From assembly GCA_964452145.1 (NCBI GenBank), contig CAYVLA010000115.1, forward strand, positions 1 to 10,628: a stretch of DNA of 10,628 nucleotides. Reading direction: 5' to 3'. How positions within the stretch are numbered: the first letter of the stretch is position 1; every line of letters begins with the position of its first letter. Shown piece after piece: positions 6,513-10,628 of this stretch. The notes beneath the pieces were generated by a model. It searched no databases. It was not told where the DNA came from and saw nothing but the letters and a program-made list of their open reading frames with translations. The DNA is from Candidatus Hadarchaeota archaeon (lineage in GTDB: Archaea; CAYQAE01; CAYVLA01). Position numbers and translations under genes: made by a program.

Positions 6513-7910
6513 TCAGAGGATGCGCTGCAAGGGTAGGTTGGCTCGAGGCTCCGGGCTGAACTGCTTGCGCATCGCCAGGCTGGTTGCTGGGCAGCCCACC
6601 CTTTCCAGGAACTCCAACAGATCGGCGTGAGCGGTTCGAGCCTCCTCTTCCCTTTCGTGGATCAAGTTTTCGCTTTCCTCCGGGTCCTTTCTAAGATCGT
6701 AGTACTCGGTTCGCCATTCGTCGCCGCCGTATATGTAGAGATAATCCCTAGTTCTATAACTGGTAGGGCACCTGACGAGGTCATCCTGCCTGTACGTATG
6801 GCTCGACACTGCACACACGGGGCCCTCGATGTCTTGGGAGATGTCGGCGAGAAGCGTTCTGCCCTGAACGCCAACCGGGATCGGGATCTCCGCCAAATCC
6901 AGCAGGGTTGGCATGATGTCGGGTGGCTGACAGAAGGAATCTACCGTCCTTGCTCGATAACCAGGAATGCTAAGAATGAGGGGTGCCCGCGAGATGGTCG
7001 CATACAACGGCCATCGCCGCACGATCCTGCCTTCCCTATCCAGCTGAACCTTGCCGATGAATCCGTGTTCACCGTGGTAGAAACCGTGATCGCTTGTGAG
7101 CACGACGCATGTGTCGTCGATCATGCCCGTCAGATCCAACGTCTGGAGGACGTATCCGATCCATCTATCGACCATGCTCACCTCCCCGGCATACATGAAG
7201 CGCATGTGACGGATCTCGGATTCCGAGGCGTATCCAGCCGGTTCGTAGGCAGGCTCGAAGAGCTCATCTCCCTCGTAACCCGGATCATATGCATCTATGT
7301 AGTAACGGGGTGGATCCCAGGGTTCATGGGGATCGAAAGTATCCACGCAGAGAAAGAAGGGCTTGGTTTTCAGGTGTCTGCCCTCTAGCCAACGTGCAGC
7401 CGCACGCATTGTGAGGGCAACGAATCTGTCTTCCTCGCCCCTCCAAGCCGATTCCACTCTGGCAATCCTCCGCAGCCTGTCCAGAGGGATGCGCAGCTTC
7501 CTCGGATCGGCGGGAAGTCTGAGTTCAAGGGTGGGGTCGGGTTCTATCCCCTGCCCCGACTGGCCCGGTATCATCTCGAAGTGTTCGAAGCCGGCGCTGT
7601 ACTGCCTGTTGGCTGGGGTGTCGGTGACCATGCATGTGTCGTAGCCTGAATGGCTGAGTATCTCGGCGAGCACTTCGTGCTGCGGCTCCCACGGATCGCT
7701 CCAACTTGTGAAGGGGAAGGTGAACCTGCCCGAGTGCAGGTCCCTCCTCATCGGGCCCGTCGGGAAGCTAGCAGCGTGAAACTCCTTGAAGAGGATTCCT
7801 TGTCCTGCAAGCTGGTCGATGTTTGGGGTCTTGATCCATTGATTACCGTAGCAGCCCAGGTAGTCCGGCCTCAGGCTGTCAGATACTACTAGAAGCACGT
7901 TCAGGGCCAT
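6513..7910 (-). CDS. Sulfatase-like hydrolase/transferase (alkaline phosphatase superfamily) with Thr at the nucleophile position
   Basis: NVLLVVSDSLRPDYLGCYG, TPNIDQLA, SFPTGPMRRDLHSGR, FDPHEPWDPP, YAGEVSMVDRWIG, TSDHG, DIMPTLLDL, YYDLRKDPEESENL. Confidence 0.9.
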   Translation of the reverse strand: MALNVLLVVSDSLRPDYLGCYGNQWIKTPNIDQLAGQGILFKEFHAASFPTGPMRRDLHSGRFTFPFTSWSDPWEPQHEVLAEILSHSGYDTCMVTDTPANRQYSAGFEHFEMIPGQSGQGIEPDPTLELRLPADPRKLRIPLDRLRRIARVESAWRGEEDRFVALTMRAAARWLEGRHLKTKPFFLCVDTFDPHEPWDPPRYYIDAYDPGYEGDELFEPAYEPAGYASESEIRHMRFMYAGEVSMVDRWIGYVLQTLDLTGMIDDTCVVLTSDHGFYHGEHGFIGKVQLDREGRIVRRWPLYATISRAPLILSIPGYRARTVDSFCQPPDIMPTLLDLAEIPIPVGVQGRTLLADISQDIEGPVCAVSSHTYRQDDLVRCPTSYRTRDYLYIYGGDEWRTEYYDLRKDPEESENLIHEREEEARTAHADLLEFLERVGCPATSLAMRKQFSPEPRANLPLQRIL

Positions 7911-7934
7911 CGTATCGGGCCTCTGGACCGAGCC

Positions 7935-7948
7935 TATTAATGCTTGGT
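7935..7948 (-). promoter_or_regulatory. Putative TATA box of the sulfatase-like gene (likely leaderless transcript)
   Basis: Minus strand reads ACCAAGC-ATTAATA, ending 24 nt before the ATG at 7910. No Shine-Dalgarno site is seen. Confidence 0.5.
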
Positions 7949-8015
7949 CACAATGTCACTGCCACAATGCGCCAATTCATCGACTCGTGCTCACCCAGTC
8001 TGGGTGCGGGGTTCA

Positions 8016-8906
8016 TCACATGTTCTCCAGAGCTTCCTGTCTGGATCTGATGACAGCCATAAGCGCCCTCTTTGAGTCCTCATGCATTTTCGCGTTCTTC
8101 ACCATCACCATCTTGTCTGTAAACTGCCGCCTTGCGTGCATCTTGAGCAGACTCCTGCTGTCCATCTCCTCGGGCACCTCCCTGCGGCAATTGGGGCACC
8201 GTGGAAGCTTGCGACAGACGGTGCCGCACCAGGGGCACGTCCCAACGGTCCTAGGCGAGATCTTGGGCATTGGCAGGTCGTTTCTGACATTCCTGACGTC
8301 AGAGCCCAGTGACCTGACGACCAATTCGCTGAGGAAGAGCATCTCATTGTGCGTAAGCCGTGTCAGATAGACGAACAGCGGGTCCTGGAGGGGCGGGACC
8401 CGCGGCCTGCCCATTACATCTCCATCCCGCTTCGTCTCGGCACGCGTAGGGGCAAGGGAGAGATCCGTGGTCAGATCGAGTGAATCCTTCTCGGCAACGA
8501 GGATCGTGGAAACATACTTCACATGATAGTACCATCGTATCTCGCGGTTGGCTTTCACGCCGAGGATCGGGAAGACTACCGGCTTGTAGCGCTTGAGCTC
8601 CAGGATGAGGTTGTCCCTAAGAGATGCAACGTCGAGAGGATCGTGGTCAAATGACGCACGGATTGTCCTTCGGACAAGGTCCCCCTCCTCGCTGACGGGT
8701 TGCTTGGGCGATTTGGTGGTCGTTGCCTCTCCAATGGATGGGGAGATCTTGCCAACCGAGGTGCTCTGGCACACGTAGCACTTGCCGGCGAAGCCATGGG
8801 CCGAGCAGTGATACCTGCCGCACCCGCAGCGTTTCACGTCGAAGTCTCCCCCGCAGGCGTAACACTTCTTGCTTCTGCCGAACAGATTCAAGACCCCACC
8901 GTGCAT
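8016..8906 (-). CDS. Hypothetical protein with an N-terminal Cys/His zinc finger and a C-terminal zinc ribbon
   Basis: CYAC...RCGCGRYHCSAH...CYVC at the N-terminus and CPWCG...CPNC near the C-terminus. A TATA-like ATTACTA ends 24 nt upstream of ATG 8906. An alternative TTG start is at 8891. Confidence 0.75.
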   Translation of the reverse strand: MHGGVLNLFGRSKKCYACGGDFDVKRCGCGRYHCSAHGFAGKCYVCQSTSVGKISPSIGEATTTKSPKQPVSEEGDLVRRTIRASFDHDPLDVASLRDNLILELKRYKPVVFPILGVKANREIRWYYHVKYVSTILVAEKDSLDLTTDLSLAPTRAETKRDGDVMGRPRVPPLQDPLFVYLTRLTHNEMLFLSELVVRSLGSDVRNVRNDLPMPKISPRTVGTCPWCGTVCRKLPRCPNCRREVPEEMDSRSLLKMHARRQFTDKMVMVKNAKMHEDSKRALMAVIRSRQEALENM

Positions 8907-9333
8907 GGACTGTGGCGTCCGTCAGATAAGTAGTAATCGCTTCAGCCTCAAGTCCAGCCTATCCATGTACTCACAGGGGGCGCCGTCCCGACCGTTGAGC
9001 CACTGGATCGACGATTGCTGTGGCCCGGGATCTAGCCATCGAGGACTTGACGTGTGTGATGGAGTGGGTTCCGATCCCGCCTGGGATACTGCGGAAGACA
9101 GTGTAAACCAAGGAACTCGAAGAGGCGAACGTTCAGATGAGCCAACCCGCCGCGATCACCCACGCAGCTTATCCGTGCTCACCGAATCCCTCTCCTGAAG
9201 AAGACGGATCGATCCTTGCATTGTCGATCGAGCAGATCTTGGCTCCTGCTTTTCCCGCCAGACACTCTGCAATCCTGCCTGAGTCATGAGTGCTGGGGAG
9301 GCGGCACATGCGGCGAACCGGAGGACCTTAGGC

Positions 9334-10209
9334 TCACACGGGCAAGAGCCTCACGGGAACATGATGGGTATCTATCCCAAAAGCTTCTCCTTTGACTGAG
9401 TAGATCAGGGCCCCCCTCTGATCTGCCACCGATTCGGCCCAACGCTTGTGGTTTTCGATGTCTTCAAGGGTGTCACGGTATACCGAGTCCAACACCCTGA
9501 ACTTGGCTTCGTAAGGATCTCCGGTTATGTCGCACACAACCATGGGTGCCTGGACTTGGGACCTGTACTCGAACTTGAAGCTCGGTGACTCATAGTAGAA
9601 TACTCCCATAGGCAGCCAGGGCAGCAGCTTCCTTCGCCCTTGTTGCGTATCAAGGCCCCTGCTCACCTGATCCTCGGTATAGTAGCGGGCTTCCTTCAGG
9701 TAGGTACTGCTTGCGGAATGGTACACCGACTCCAGCACCGCCATCGCCACAGCTCTGTGGGCCCGATGTCGGTCCTCGGGGTGGGGCAGAAAGATCCACT
9801 GGGGTCGGATCTCCCTGATCTTGTTGGTGAGCTTGCCCACTATCTCGTCGTCGAGGCCTCGATCCACCGGCAGTCCGAGGCATCGGCTCGTTGTGGAATC
9901 ACAGCCAAGCATGGAAAGAGCCTCCTTGAACTCCGCCAGCCTTCTTTCGTCCGTGGACTTGACCAGAAGGACGCTCACCGTGGAGGAATGAAGCTTTCCG
10001 TACTTGAACATCGTTCCGCCGCAGGATATCGTCTCGTCATCTGCATGTGGTGAGAACACCAGAATCCTCTCGGGTACCGCAACCGGCACATCCTGGTACG
10101 ACGTTCCGAAGACCCGGGAGGCGGCCGGGTTGTAGACGATCCTCATGGTCTTGAAAGGCCGGTATCCTCCCGGAGACGGCGTGTATTTTGACACCGCAAC
10201 CCTCCTCAT
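9334..10209 (-). CDS. PIG-L/LmbE family deacetylase
   Basis: ILVFSPHADDETISCGGT (PHxDD metal motif), RLAEFKEALSMLG, IREIRPQWIFLPHPEDRHRAH, VFYYE, DITG...AK, GEAF. Confidence 0.88.
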   Translation of the reverse strand: MRRVAVSKYTPSPGGYRPFKTMRIVYNPAASRVFGTSYQDVPVAVPERILVFSPHADDETISCGGTMFKYGKLHSSTVSVLLVKSTDERRLAEFKEALSMLGCDSTTSRCLGLPVDRGLDDEIVGKLTNKIREIRPQWIFLPHPEDRHRAHRAVAMAVLESVYHSASSTYLKEARYYTEDQVSRGLDTQQGRRKLLPWLPMGVFYYESPSFKFEYRSQVQAPMVVCDITGDPYEAKFRVLDSVYRDTLEDIENHKRWAESVADQRGALIYSVKGEAFGIDTHHVPVRLLPV

Positions 10210-10415
10210 TGAAGCCTTTTCATCTGCTCGTTCATCTTCCGTTTCAGGAAGAAGCCGTAGATGATGAAGGAGATCCCGACGAAGACGAGAACGTACACGA
10301 CGAAGCTGACGACAATCTCAAGCTCCCCGGCCCGTCCCCTAAACAGAAGCATGGAGACCATGGCCAGAAGGATTACTAGGCCGATCTCCTGAGCATTTTC
10401 GGGATCCAGAATCAT
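10206..10415 (-). CDS. Small 2-TM membrane protein, translationally coupled to the deacetylase
   Basis: Two hydrophobic helices and a basic tail. Its TGA overlaps the deacetylase ATG (ATGA, 10206-10209). An AT-rich AGATAATA lies ~27 nt upstream. Confidence 0.7.
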   Translation of the reverse strand: MILDPENAQEIGLVILLAMVSMLLFRGRAGELEIVVSFVVYVLVFVGISFIIYGFFLKRKMNEQMKRLQ

Positions 10416-10535
10416 ACCTCCCGTTGGAGTCCGTGCAGGGACTATTATCTGTCATGTCCCACGCCCCACGCGAAAGCGCTCGAAAACACGTCACCAAGTT
10501 CGGCCAAGATATTCTTATAGAGGCCTGGCTGCGAG

Positions 10536-10628
10536 ATGTTCATGCTTGAGGGTCTTGCGGGTGCCTTGCTTGTCGCCTTTGCCACCTCTCTGGGCTGGGG
10601 CCTCAGGGGGGAATGGGGACACTGGTGG
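10536..10628 (+). CDS. N-terminus of a hypothetical membrane protein (truncated by the window edge)
   Basis: Open frame MFMLEGLAGALLVAFATSLGWGLRGEWGHWW from ATG 10536 (or 10542), hydrophobic and Gly/Trp-rich. It is preceded by AT-rich ATATTCTTATAG at ~10509-10520. Confidence 0.6.
   Translation, partial: MFMLEGLAGALLVAFATSLGWGLRGEWGHWW

Noticed and set aside
5297..7892. Alternative-frame or antisense ORFs 5297..6154, 6070..6465, 6627..7388, 7363..7644, 7650..7892
   Set aside because: They overlap the MFS, zinc-ribbon and sulfatase-like genes, have Arg/Gly/Pro-biased composition and show no domain signal.
8869..9198. 109-aa plus-strand ORF in the intergenic gap
   Set aside because: TTG start inside the opposite-strand gene, crosses its promoter, and has no recognisable motifs.
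9169..9309. 46-codon minus-strand ORF (MCRLPSTHDSGRIAECLAGKAGAKICSID...) faintly resembling a flavodoxin N-terminus
   Set aside because: Too short, lacks the S..GNT FMN-binding loop, and the resemblance is not beyond chance.

Overview
GC-rich, gene-dense, probably archaeal window: AT-rich TATA-like boxes lie about 24-31 nt upstream of several starts, Shine-Dalgarno sites are sparse, and there is a sequon-rich surface protein. The left part is a minus-strand operon encoding (i) a membrane-anchored protein with four tandem sulfite-oxidase/MsrP-like 'molybdopterin-binding' fold repeats, (ii) an ECF-type S-component fused to a fifth such domain and (iii) a duplicated ECF ATPase. It probably continues into an EcfT gene beyond the left edge. 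A perfect palindrome resembling a ModE box sits between its TATA-like box and start codon, which together suggest a dedicated uptake or salvage system for Mo/W-cofactor or a related compound (inference). The rest holds a divergent MFS transporter, a small zinc-ribbon membrane protein, a sulfatase-like hydrolase with Thr instead of Cys/Ser at the nucleophile position, a multi-zinc-finger hypothetical protein, a ~430-nt intergenic gap, a PIG-L deacetylase coupled to a small membrane protein, and the start of a membrane protein at the right edge. No rRNA, tRNA, CRISPR array or intact mobile element was recognised.
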